Shown here piece after piece: positions 8,741-16,453 of a DNA stretch of 37,402 nt (position 1 is its first letter; each line of letters begins with the position of its first letter). Source of the DNA: a virus; IMG/VR virus record IMGVR_UViG_3300045988_064538; one strand, written 5' to 3'. Made by a program: the position numbers and the translations under genes. The notes beneath the pieces are model-generated. The model saw only the letters and a program-made list of their open reading frames with translations. It had not been told where the DNA came from and did not search any database.

Positions 8741-9031
8741 TAAAGAATTGAAAAAAACTTAGAAAAGGAAAGAAAAAAGCAAAGAGAAGATGCGATAAAA
8801 ATAAATGGTTTTATCAGATTAGATAAAAGCAGTGCTTCTGAAATCGATAAACAAATTGAGCAAACTTATTTATCTTTGCAAAAGAATATTAAATTTGTCT
8901 GTACCAATAAAGACTTGATGAACAGTATGCTAGATGAATTAGACTATATTGTTTATGCATCAAAGCTATATGGCGGAAAGCATGTTATGGAAGAATTGGA
9001 TAATCGTTACAAAAATAAATTAATGAGTTAA
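8733..9031 (+). pseudogene. Frameshift-interrupted ORF (about 99 codons if read through an A7 tract)
   Basis: The ATG at 8733 reads MNNKELKKT and stops at 8760-8762. The -1 frame is open from 8744 to taa at 9029-9031 (LEKERKKQ...NKLMS). The two frames meet at aaaaaaa (8751-8757). Confidence 0.4.
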
Positions 9032-9044
9032 AAGGAGAATGAAG

Positions 9045-9305
9045 ATGATTAAACTACAAAACGGATACAGTATTGTATCCGATGGGAAAAGCTACACTTT
9101 GGTTCAAGATGCAATTCAAACTAGCAAAGATGGGAAGGAAAAGGAAATTCAGAAATCAATTTCCTTTCACTCAACTTTATCGAGTGCATTACAAGGCTAT
9201 TTAAATTGTATGATGGCGGATTTAGTGAGCAACGTAGATTTAGAATTGAAAGAAGTTAAGCAAGCTATAAGCAAGCTTTACGAGGAATTAAAAGCGTATG
9301 AATAA
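9045..9305 (+). CDS. Hypothetical protein
   Basis: ATG at 9045 lies 7 nt after aaaggaga. The track ATG at 9039 is too close to the RBS. Confidence 0.45.
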   Translation: MIKLQNGYSIVSDGKSYTLVQDAIQTSKDGKEKEIQKSISFHSTLSSALQGYLNCMMADLVSNVDLELKEVKQAISKLYEELKAYE

Positions 9306-9546
9306 AAAATATGAATACAAAGGAAATATTTATTGTGAAGATGATTTATCGGATGAAATATACAACTATGGTGGAGATTTAGATTATTTATTTTTTGATT
9401 TGTTGAGAAATGAAGATATTGAAGAAACTACTTATTATTCCGCTAAAGACGCTTGTAGTTCTGATGAATATTATGAAGATTACAAAGAATTAATTAAAAA
9501 AGAATATGAAAAATTAGGAATTGAGGTGTTACAAGGCTATGAATAA
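9298..9546 (+). CDS. Hypothetical acidic protein
   Basis: Overlaps both neighbours. Rich in D, E and Y. Confidence 0.4.
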   Translation: MNKKYEYKGNIYCEDDLSDEIYNYGGDLDYLFFDLLRNEDIEETTYYSAKDACSSDEYYEDYKELIKKEYEKLGIEVLQGYE

Positions 9547-9961
9547 GTATCAAGAAGCATTAAGTGGAATTGGGAATATAGTGATAGATAAAAACGGTGA
9601 TGGGTATTACACTCCGAAATATTTACGTGATTTTTATTTTAGACCATATGGAACATTACATGAGTTAGTTGATAGAGCGGATTCATTTGAGTGGATTCCC
9701 GTTTCTGAAAGACTACCAAAGGAACATGATAGCATATTCGCTAAATTGTATGGAACAGATAAATGGGATAGTAAATTACATAGAACAGTATCAAATAGAG
9801 TGCTTGTAACCGTTGAATACGATGATGGCACGAGAATTGTCAAGGAGTCGCGTACTTGTGACGGTGAATGGAAGGATGAGAAAAAAATCATAAACTGTAA
9901 AGTTGTTGCTTGGATGGAAATGCTTGAACCTTATAAGGAGAGAGAAAATGAAACAAGATGA
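9539..9961 (+). CDS. Hypothetical protein, DUF551-like
   Basis: ATG at 9539 after gaggtg. The motif WIPVSERLPKE resembles the DUF551 phage domain signature, recalled from memory. Confidence 0.4.
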   Translation: MNKYQEALSGIGNIVIDKNGDGYYTPKYLRDFYFRPYGTLHELVDRADSFEWIPVSERLPKEHDSIFAKLYGTDKWDSKLHRTVSNRVLVTVEYDDGTRIVKESRTCDGEWKDEKKIINCKVVAWMEMLEPYKERENETR

Positions 9962-10337
9962 AATGACGATTTGCGAATGCGTTGAATATTTAGATTCAAT
10001 GGTAGGCGATAATAAGGAAATCAAGGATTGTTTGGATTACATTGAGTGCAAAGCGAAAGCTATGGATAAAAGATTGAGAGAATATAAATACATTTTTGAA
10101 GAAGAACATCCATTAGATGGTAATTCATTCGGCTTCTTACATTTTAAGATGTATTCAAACAGTACTTTAAAAAGAATGACAAAAGATTGGTTAATCGAAT
10201 ATATCAATGTTCTTTATATCAATTGGAAGGGCACAGATAACACGTATGAACGCGTTAGTAGATTAGCTAAACAATTATATGAAAAAGCGAAAGAATATAA
10301 AGAAGCTTTAGATGAGGACGATAAAAATGAAAGCTAA
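9948..10337 (+). CDS. Hypothetical protein
   Basis: ATG at 9948 after aaggagagag. Confidence 0.4.
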   Translation: MKQDEMTICECVEYLDSMVGDNKEIKDCLDYIECKAKAMDKRLREYKYIFEEEHPLDGNSFGFLHFKMYSNSTLKRMTKDWLIEYINVLYINWKGTDNTYERVSRLAKQLYEKAKEYKEALDEDDKNES

Positions 10338-10581
10338 AGCTAAAGGAATGTTTAGAAAATTGGGGTATATACAAGAAAATACGACAATCGAACGATTTAT
10401 TGCGTACAAAAAGCGTCATAGAGTTGGCTTTAATTACATTGAGTTTGACACAATCAATAAAACTTTTGAAGCTAGTTATTATGACTCGAAAGGAGATTCA
10501 CATTCTTTGATTATAACCCCTAAAGAGTTAGTAGCGATATATGAGCAAATAGATGAATTAGGTGGTGGATTTAATGGGTAG
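10327..10581 (+). CDS. Hypothetical protein
   Basis: ATG at 10327 after gaggacg. Confidence 0.4.
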   Translation: MKAKAKGMFRKLGYIQENTTIERFIAYKKRHRVGFNYIEFDTINKTFEASYYDSKGDSHSLIITPKELVAIYEQIDELGGGFNG

Positions 10582-10894
10582 AATACCAATCGGAATTAAA
10601 GAATGGAAGCGCAATCCAAAATCTAATGTGTTGGAGCTATATTGCAGTACATATTATGGAATGCGATTACTAGCAGACATTGAACTATTATATGACTCTA
10701 CATACAGATGCCGTTTAAATAGACAATGGAATAAATACGATATTGAAGTATTACGCGGAACAGAAGAAGAAGTAAAAAAGCAAATTGAGAATGATGTTAT
10801 TAAAGCTTTTGAAAAAGAAGCAAAAGCTTTAAAACACCAACTCACAATATATGAAAATTTTATTTATAGATTTAAAGGAGAAGAAAATGATTAA
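10574..10894 (+). CDS. Hypothetical protein
   Basis: ATG at 10574 after aggtggtgg. Confidence 0.4.
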   Translation: MGRIPIGIKEWKRNPKSNVLELYCSTYYGMRLLADIELLYDSTYRCRLNRQWNKYDIEVLRGTEEEVKKQIENDVIKAFEKEAKALKHQLTIYENFIYRFKGEEND

Positions 10895-11369
10895 TAGAGT
10901 AATTTTATGTGGTCGATTGACTAAAGATGTTGAAATCAGAAAAACAACAAGTGGAAAAACAGTGATTGCCTACACTTTGGCAGTAGAAAGAGATAAAGAA
11001 CATACGGATTTTATTAATTGTGTTGCGTGGAATAAATTGGCGGAATTGATGTCACAGTATACACATAAGGGTGATATGGTAGCAATTGAAGGAAAATTGA
11101 ATACACGCTCATATGATAACCAATATGGAAGTAAAACATATATCACGGAAGTGGTAGCGGATAGTGTGCAATTTCTAAGCTATAAAAAGAGCACAGAGCA
11201 ACAAAACCAAGCACCTAACACAAATACATATAGCCAACCACAACAGGCGCAGAATCAACCGCAAAGAGGTTATACACAACAAAGCTTAACTCAACAGGCA
11301 GAACAACAAGCGTATTACGGCAACAGTAATGATTCATTAGATATTAATAGCGATGATTTGCCGTTCTAG
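10887..11369 (+). CDS. ssb: Single-stranded DNA-binding protein
   Basis: OB-fold N-terminus MINRVILCGRLTKDVEIRKTTSGK, a Q/N-rich linker and the canonical acidic tail DDLPF. ATG at 10887 after aaaggag. Confidence 0.9.
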   Translation: MINRVILCGRLTKDVEIRKTTSGKTVIAYTLAVERDKEHTDFINCVAWNKLAELMSQYTHKGDMVAIEGKLNTRSYDNQYGSKTYITEVVADSVQFLSYKKSTEQQNQAPNTNTYSQPQQAQNQPQRGYTQQSLTQQAEQQAYYGNSNDSLDINSDDLPF

Positions 11370-11371
11370 TT

Positions 11372-11476
11372 ATGAAAAAGTTATTTATTATTTACGTAAT
11401 TTATTTTGTGATAGTATATGCGATTCTAACGGGTTTAAATGCACCCGTTGGAAATCCGCTATTGAAAGGATTTTAA
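11372..11476 (+). CDS. Possible 34-aa hydrophobic peptide
   Basis: Open frame MKKLFIIYVIYFVIVYAILTG... fills the gap between ssb and the next gene. No clear RBS. Confidence 0.2.
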   Translation: MKKLFIIYVIYFVIVYAILTGLNAPVGNPLLKGF

Positions 11477-11477
11477 A

Positions 11478-11756
11478 ATGAACGAATATTGTAAAAACGC
11501 AATGACAATGAATGATAAATACATGCATGCATTAGATGAAAAAGCAAAAGGAAATGAAGATATGGTTAATCATCCGTCACATTATCAACACGGAATTGAA
11601 CCTATCGAATTTATCGAATCGCATAATCTTAATTTTAATTTAGGTAATGTAATCAAATATATATCACGTGCGCCTTATAAAGGGACAGAGTTGGAAGATT
11701 TAAAAAAAGCAAAACGATATTTAGAAAGAGAAATAGAAAGGATGGAAAAGAAATGA
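11478..11756 (+). CDS. DUF3310-like phage protein
   Basis: HPSHYQHG.IEPIEFIESHNLNFNLGNVIKYISRA matches my memory of the DUF3310 signature. Confidence 0.55.
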   Translation: MNEYCKNAMTMNDKYMHALDEKAKGNEDMVNHPSHYQHGIEPIEFIESHNLNFNLGNVIKYISRAPYKGTELEDLKKAKRYLEREIERMEKK

Positions 11757-11959
11757 TTAATTTGATTTGTGACGTAATCGTTGGCAGTGGTATGACTTTG
11801 ATTTTGTATAGCATACTAGTAGGAAAACGAATACAAGAAGAACAAGATAAAGCGACTAAATGTATCTTCAAGTATGAAGAATATAGAAGAAAAATAAGAA
11901 CTTTAGAAAACGAAAATAAACGATTAGAATATGATTTAAAATCCGTTCAAAAGAGGTAA
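11753..11959 (+). CDS. Hypothetical membrane/coiled-coil protein
   Basis: N-terminal TM helix DVIVGSGMTLILYSILVG. ATGA-type overlap with the upstream gene. Confidence 0.4.
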   Translation: MINLICDVIVGSGMTLILYSILVGKRIQEEQDKATKCIFKYEEYRRKIRTLENENKRLEYDLKSVQKR

Positions 11960-11964
11960 TCAAT

Positions 11965-12576
11965 ATGGATTATATGATGTTGAACGACGATAACGAATGT
12001 GTTGGATTTGTTAGCGATACACAAGTTATGCGTGACTTAAAATTAACATTTCCACAATTCAAAAGATATGTGATGTATGGAAAGAAATACAAAGGTTACA
12101 CGTTAATCGAAGATGAATCATGTTCTAGAAAGTGGGAGCACAACAACGATTTAGAATATAGACTAATCACAGAAAGCAAAGAGGGTTGGCGATGGTATGC
12201 AGTAAGTAACTTAACGGTTATGAGAATATCGCCTAAAGGAACAAAAAAAACGCTCAAGCCAAGGAAAGATGGAAGCGTAAGAGTAAATGGACATATATAT
12301 CATGTAAATCGTATATGCTATGAAACATTCCATGATACGAAATTGCCAAGAAATAAAATCGTGAAGTTGATAGGAGAAAAAAATATAAAAAATTTATCCG
12401 TGCATAGTCCAACAGTAAATGTAAAAGGTAGAAACAAAAGAGCAGTAACGGTTGACGGTGTTGTTTACGATTCACTCAAAGAATGTTCAAACAAAACATA
12501 TTATACGGTGAATACGATAAGCAGAATGTTAAGAGAAACAAGAAAGAACACTTTAGGAGTTGAATATGTCGGGTAG
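11965..12576 (+). CDS. NUMOD/HNH-homing-endonuclease-like protein, probably degenerate
   Basis: WYAVSNLTVMRISPKGTKKTLKPRKDGSVRVNGHIYHVNRICYETFHD resembles a NUMOD4-plus-HNH_3 N-terminus. The position where the catalytic His-Asp-Asn block is expected reads IVKLIGEKNIKNL. The C-terminal VYDSLKECS...TISRMLRE resembles a NUMOD1 HTH. Confidence 0.35.
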   Translation: MDYMMLNDDNECVGFVSDTQVMRDLKLTFPQFKRYVMYGKKYKGYTLIEDESCSRKWEHNNDLEYRLITESKEGWRWYAVSNLTVMRISPKGTKKTLKPRKDGSVRVNGHIYHVNRICYETFHDTKLPRNKIVKLIGEKNIKNLSVHSPTVNVKGRNKRAVTVDGVVYDSLKECSNKTYYTVNTISRMLRETRKNTLGVEYVG

Positions 12577-12754
12577 CATTTTAAACGGACAGGTAAGAAA
12601 GTGCGCACAATGTGGCAAAGAATTCAGAGTATACGGTTTAGTTAATATGTGGGCATACAAAAAAACATATAAAGGAAAAATACATTATATGTGCTCGAAT
12701 AAATGTTATGAAGGATGGTTAGAGAAATGGATGCCAAAGAAAAAAGAAGATTAA
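12560..12754 (+). CDS. Hypothetical zinc-ribbon protein
   Basis: CAQCGKEF ... MCSNKCY. RBS aggag upstream. Confidence 0.4.
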   Translation: MNMSGSILNGQVRKCAQCGKEFRVYGLVNMWAYKKTYKGKIHYMCSNKCYEGWLEKWMPKKKED

Positions 12755-13209
12755 TTGATGAGCATTTCAAAGATTACAATGATATTTGCAATCAAATTGA
12801 AGAGCAACGATGCAAATGGGCAGAAATAAATAACAAGTTATATGGAATCAAGCCGATTAATTACAGTGGTATGCCTAGTGGATGCGGTGGCGGTAGCGAA
12901 GATAAAGTAATAGAATTTCTAGAAAGATTAGATGATATTGAAAAAGATATAGGAATTTTAAGAAAAGAAAGAAAGCAGAAAAAAGAAGAACATCTAAAAG
13001 AAATCAATTGCTTGGAAAATTTAGTTTCGAGAAGAATCATCAGAGAAATTTATTTGAACCGACACAAAGTAGAAGATTTAATGAAATTAATGAATTACAA
13101 TCGTAGCAGTGTATTCAGACTAAAAAATATAGCAATTGATGAATTCGCAAACTTGATACTAGAATGGACTAATTCGGACAAAAAAGAACTAGAAAACATG
13201 GTAAAATAG
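12727..13209 (+). CDS. Putative late-gene transcriptional activator (ArpU/RinA-like, sigma region-4-like HTH)
   Basis: Last gene before a terminator and the packaging genes. The C-terminal EIYLNRHKVEDLMKLMNYNRSSVFRLKNIAIDEF looks like a sigma-70 region-4 HTH. Confidence 0.5.
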   Translation: MDAKEKRRLIDEHFKDYNDICNQIEEQRCKWAEINNKLYGIKPINYSGMPSGCGGGSEDKVIEFLERLDDIEKDIGILRKERKQKKEEHLKEINCLENLVSRRIIREIYLNRHKVEDLMKLMNYNRSSVFRLKNIAIDEFANLILEWTNSDKKELENMVK

Positions 13210-13287
13210 TAGTGTCCAATAAGGACGACATATTACATATTCCTTAACGTATGTATAGAGTCACTAAAAATGTAACCTTTTGATAAG

Positions 13288-13318
13288 AACCACGTACTAG
13301 TTTATGTGGTTTTTATTA
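13288..13318 (+). terminator. Rho-independent terminator ending the early operon
   Basis: Stem aaccacgta / tatgtggtt (one G-T pair), loop ctagtt, then ttttattatt. Confidence 0.65.
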
Positions 13319-13521
13319 TTTGTATGGTGTATAGGAAAAAAGTCGCAAAACGGCATACAAAGAAATTAGAGAAATTGACGAGCCTTTTCTAATAATTTGA
13401 TGTGCCTATGTGATTACATTACTGTTCGATTTTGTTTTCATTTTCAATAAGTCCTTTTGATAGATTAAAATACCTCGCCTATGCACCATAGAGATACGCT
13501 ACACGATGAAAGGAGCACACA

Positions 13522-14556
13522 ATGCAGATTGTAGAAATGAATTTATCGGATTTAAAGCCGTATGAAAATAACCCTAGAAACAATCAAGAAGCGATTGATT
13601 ATGTCGCAAGTAGCATTCATGAGTTTGGCTTTAAAGTTCCGATTGTAATTGATAAAGATAATGTAATTGTGTGCGGTCATACAAGATATTTAGCTAGTAA
13701 ACAATTAAATATGAAGAAAGTGCCGTGTATTAAGGCAGATGATTTAACAGATGAACAAATCAAAGCGTTTAGATTAGCGGATAACAAGGTATCAGAAAAA
13801 GCAGAATGGGACTATGACAAATTAAACGAAGAATTAAATGATATTTACGATATAGATATGGAAAGTTTTGGATTCGATATCGATTTTGCCGATGAAGAAT
13901 ATGAGCATATTGTGAATCAACAGGAAACACAAAGAAGAGTTGAAAATATTGTAAATTTGCAATATGGGCAATTTGAAGGTGAAGGTAAATATGATATCCC
14001 AAAATTAAAAGCGGTAACAGATTTACCGCCAATTAAGGAATGGATTGGATTTAATTACGTATTGTCAGATAACGACCCTAGCGGAAAAGCGGTACATTTC
14101 TTCATTGACGATTATCAATTCGAAAGAATTTGGAACAATCCACAACAATATGTTGATAAATTGAAGCAATATGTATGCGTAACGACACCCGACTTTTCAC
14201 CGTATGGCGATATGCCGTTAGCTACACAGATATTCAACATATATCGAAAAGCATGGGTTGGTGCATTCTTACAGGAGCAAGGAGTTACGGTAATTCCAAC
14301 AGTAAGAGCAAGTACAGACCCAAGAAGCTTGGAATTCTATTTAGACGGAATCCCAAAAGATGGAATCGTGATTATTAGCAATATGTGGACAAATGACAAG
14401 GAATCAAGAAAGTATTTCTTAGATAACGAATATAAAACAATGATGGAAACGCTACATCCTAGAAAAGTATTCATTTACGGTCGTGAATTCGAAGAAATTA
14501 CAGATGATAACGTGGAATATATAGAAACGTTTACGAAAGGAAGATGGAGTAAGTAG
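13522..14556 (+). CDS. ParB-like nuclease domain / DUF4417-like fusion protein
   Basis: N-terminus LSDLKPYENNPRNN...VCGHTRYLA is ParB/Srx-like. C-terminus HFFIDDYQFERIWNNP...TPDFSPYGDMP...NIYRKAWVGAFLQ matches my memory of DUF4417. Strong RBS gaaaggag upstream. Confidence 0.65.
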   Translation: MQIVEMNLSDLKPYENNPRNNQEAIDYVASSIHEFGFKVPIVIDKDNVIVCGHTRYLASKQLNMKKVPCIKADDLTDEQIKAFRLADNKVSEKAEWDYDKLNEELNDIYDIDMESFGFDIDFADEEYEHIVNQQETQRRVENIVNLQYGQFEGEGKYDIPKLKAVTDLPPIKEWIGFNYVLSDNDPSGKAVHFFIDDYQFERIWNNPQQYVDKLKQYVCVTTPDFSPYGDMPLATQIFNIYRKAWVGAFLQEQGVTVIPTVRASTDPRSLEFYLDGIPKDGIVIISNMWTNDKESRKYFLDNEYKTMMETLHPRKVFIYGREFEEITDDNVEYIETFTKGRWSK

Positions 14557-15201
14557 ATGGCTAAAGGTGGCAGAGGTGGAAAAAGAAGAAGGGGAAATCC
14601 TAGCACAAACGATAAATTTAGTCCGAATGGTGTTGGAGATTCAGTACCAAGTTCATTAAGTGAAGCACTAGGGGCAAAAGGAAAGCCCATGAGCGAAGCT
14701 AATGCATGGTTTGATGCAAACCCTTATTATAGTGACAAATACGCAGAATTTAGTTCAAATTGTCAAAGATGTGTATTCGCATACGAAATGCGACGAAGAG
14801 GATACGATGTTATTGCACAACCAACATACAAAGGCGATGAGATGCCGAGAAAATGGACAGGTGCAATGAAAGGGATGTCGCGCGTTATGGTTGGAAGAAC
14901 AACGGAAAAAGCGACTATCAGAAATATAAAAAATCAAATGTCGAATTGGGGAGAAGGAGCACGTGGTATTATATACATAAAATGGGCAGGAAAAAAGAAT
15001 GTTGGTCACGTAATAAATTGTGAACAAAAGAATGGTAAGTTACACATTTACGATGTACAATCTAATAAGAGAGTAACAGGTGTGAAATACCTAGAAAAAT
15101 ACTTGCCACACGCAACATTAAGTCACACGCAGTTATTCAGAACAGATAACGCTACACCAACGGACGACATGCGATTCATGGTAAGAACATCGAAGAAATA
15201 A
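14557..15201 (+). CDS. Papain-fold toxin-like (glutamine-deamidase-type) domain protein with a basic Gly-rich N-terminus
   Basis: Candidate catalytic Cys in SSNCQRCVFAYEMRRRGYDV and His/Asp in GHVINCEQKNGKLHIYDVQS, resembling the papain-fold toxin domains of polymorphic toxins. N-terminus is MAKGGRGGKRRRGN. Confidence 0.4.
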   Translation: MAKGGRGGKRRRGNPSTNDKFSPNGVGDSVPSSLSEALGAKGKPMSEANAWFDANPYYSDKYAEFSSNCQRCVFAYEMRRRGYDVIAQPTYKGDEMPRKWTGAMKGMSRVMVGRTTEKATIRNIKNQMSNWGEGARGIIYIKWAGKKNVGHVINCEQKNGKLHIYDVQSNKRVTGVKYLEKYLPHATLSHTQLFRTDNATPTDDMRFMVRTSKK

Positions 15202-15227
15202 AATGAGCAAAAGAAAGAAGGTTAATT

Positions 15228-15449
15228 ATGATTAGTTATGACTTAGCAAAACAAAAAGCGTTGGAATTAAACAGTGATGTAAATGCATGCAATGAGTACG
15301 ATAATGCATACAACTTTTTTGACAAAAACGATGAAGGAGTAGGAGATAAAAGTGTAATCATCTTAAAAGAAGATGGTAAAGCATTGAATTTTGTTGACTA
15401 TATCCTAGATTACGCAACAAGTAACAAAATGAAAAGAATTAAATTTTAG
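15228..15449 (+). CDS. Small acidic protein, possible cognate inhibitor/immunity partner
   Basis: 73 aa, rich in D and E, immediately downstream of the toxin-like ORF. RBS agaagg upstream. Confidence 0.3.
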   Translation: MISYDLAKQKALELNSDVNACNEYDNAYNFFDKNDEGVGDKSVIILKEDGKALNFVDYILDYATSNKMKRIKF

Positions 15450-15457
15450 AGGTGCAT

Positions 15458-15565
15458 ATGAAGAAAAAGAAAGATGGAAAAGGCGGTAAAGTTCTAACAG
15501 ATAAGCAAAAGCTTAATCTAATCAAGAATGGAACAGTGCCAAAGAAAACAACAAAAAAGAAATAG
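15458..15565 (+). CDS. Tiny highly basic peptide (35 aa)
   Basis: RBS gaggtg lies 6 nt upstream of the ATG at 15458. Sequence MKKKKDGKGGKVLTDKQ...KKTTKKK, followed by terminators. Confidence 0.35.
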   Translation: MKKKKDGKGGKVLTDKQKLNLIKNGTVPKKTTKKK

Positions 15566-15631
15566 CTCATATACTAGAGTATAAAGAGTTCCTTAAAGCG
15601 TTCATGATAATGTGAGCGCTTTTTGCTATTT

Positions 15632-15662
15632 AGAGTCTACTGAAAGTAGGCTCTTTTATTTT
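15632..15662 (+). terminator. Rho-independent terminator
   Basis: Stem agagtctac / gtaggctct (one G-T pair), loop tgaaa, then ttttatttt. Confidence 0.65.
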
Positions 15663-15678
15663 GTGAGGTGGTGAATGT

Positions 15679-16044
15679 ATGGCAAAAGGAGCAAGAGGTG
15701 GACAAAGCAAGAAAGCAAGAGGGGTTCAAACTGTTATGATTACATCATCGGATGGACAAACAAAAATCAGATTATCACAAGCGAGTGATGGAACAGTATA
15801 CCAACATTCAGACCCTCAAGGCGGACGATATGACAAACTAACACCAATCCAAGGCATGAGCATGAAAACATTGTTAAACAACGCTAAAAAGAATGGTGGA
15901 AGCATTACAAAAGTAACAAAAGCTATGTTGAATCAAGAAAAGAAGAGAAACAAAGCGGATTCATTAGCACAAGATAAAGCGTTAGGCTCAAGAGCATCTA
16001 AAAAAGGTGTGAATAGACATAGCGCATATTGGAGCAACATGTAA
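15679..16044 (+). CDS. Hypothetical basic protein sharing the MAKG-RGG N-terminus
   Basis: RBS gaggtggtg upstream. N-terminus MAKGARGGQSKKARG parallels that of ORF 14557. Confidence 0.5.
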   Translation: MAKGARGGQSKKARGVQTVMITSSDGQTKIRLSQASDGTVYQHSDPQGGRYDKLTPIQGMSMKTLLNNAKKNGGSITKVTKAMLNQEKKRNKADSLAQDKALGSRASKKGVNRHSAYWSNM

Positions 16045-16057
16045 AGGTGGTGATTAG

Positions 16058-16453
16058 ATGGATAAAGAAAGTAATTTGAAGCCTTTTACTAGTAATCAAG
16101 ACCGTGAACAAGCCAAGATAAATGGTAGAAAAGGTGGCAAAGCACGTCAAGCTCAAGTTAGGCGCAGAAAAGCACTAAAAGAGCAAATGGAATTGTTATT
16201 AACATTACCTTTAACAGATGAAAGAGCAAAGAAACAATTTGAATCTATGGGTATTGATGTGGATAACATGGATAATCAAATGGCGATGGTAGTTAAAACG
16301 TATGCACAGGCATTAAAAGGAAATATTAATGCAGTGAATGTGATTCGTGAGATTATCGGAGAGCGTGTTGTTGAAGTCAATGTTAACAATAATATCGATG
16401 ATAAAGTTAAAGAGCTAGACAGACTACTCGACAGTGTAGCAAAAGATGGATAA
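16058..16453 (+). CDS. terS: Terminase small subunit
   Basis: 131 aa directly upstream of and overlapping terL. The N-terminal LKPFTSNQDREQAKINGRKGGKARQ pattern is common in small terminases of Firmicutes phages. Confidence 0.6.
   Translation: MDKESNLKPFTSNQDREQAKINGRKGGKARQAQVRRRKALKEQMELLLTLPLTDERAKKQFESMGIDVDNMDNQMAMVVKTYAQALKGNINAVNVIREIIGERVVEVNVNNNIDDKVKELDRLLDSVAKDG

Noticed and set aside
13319-13521. Possible tRNA or small RNA in the 200-nt gap before the ParB-like gene
   Set aside because: I could not fold any cloverleaf-compatible arms or find conserved tRNA boxes. It is more plausibly a promoter or pac region, so it stays unannotated.
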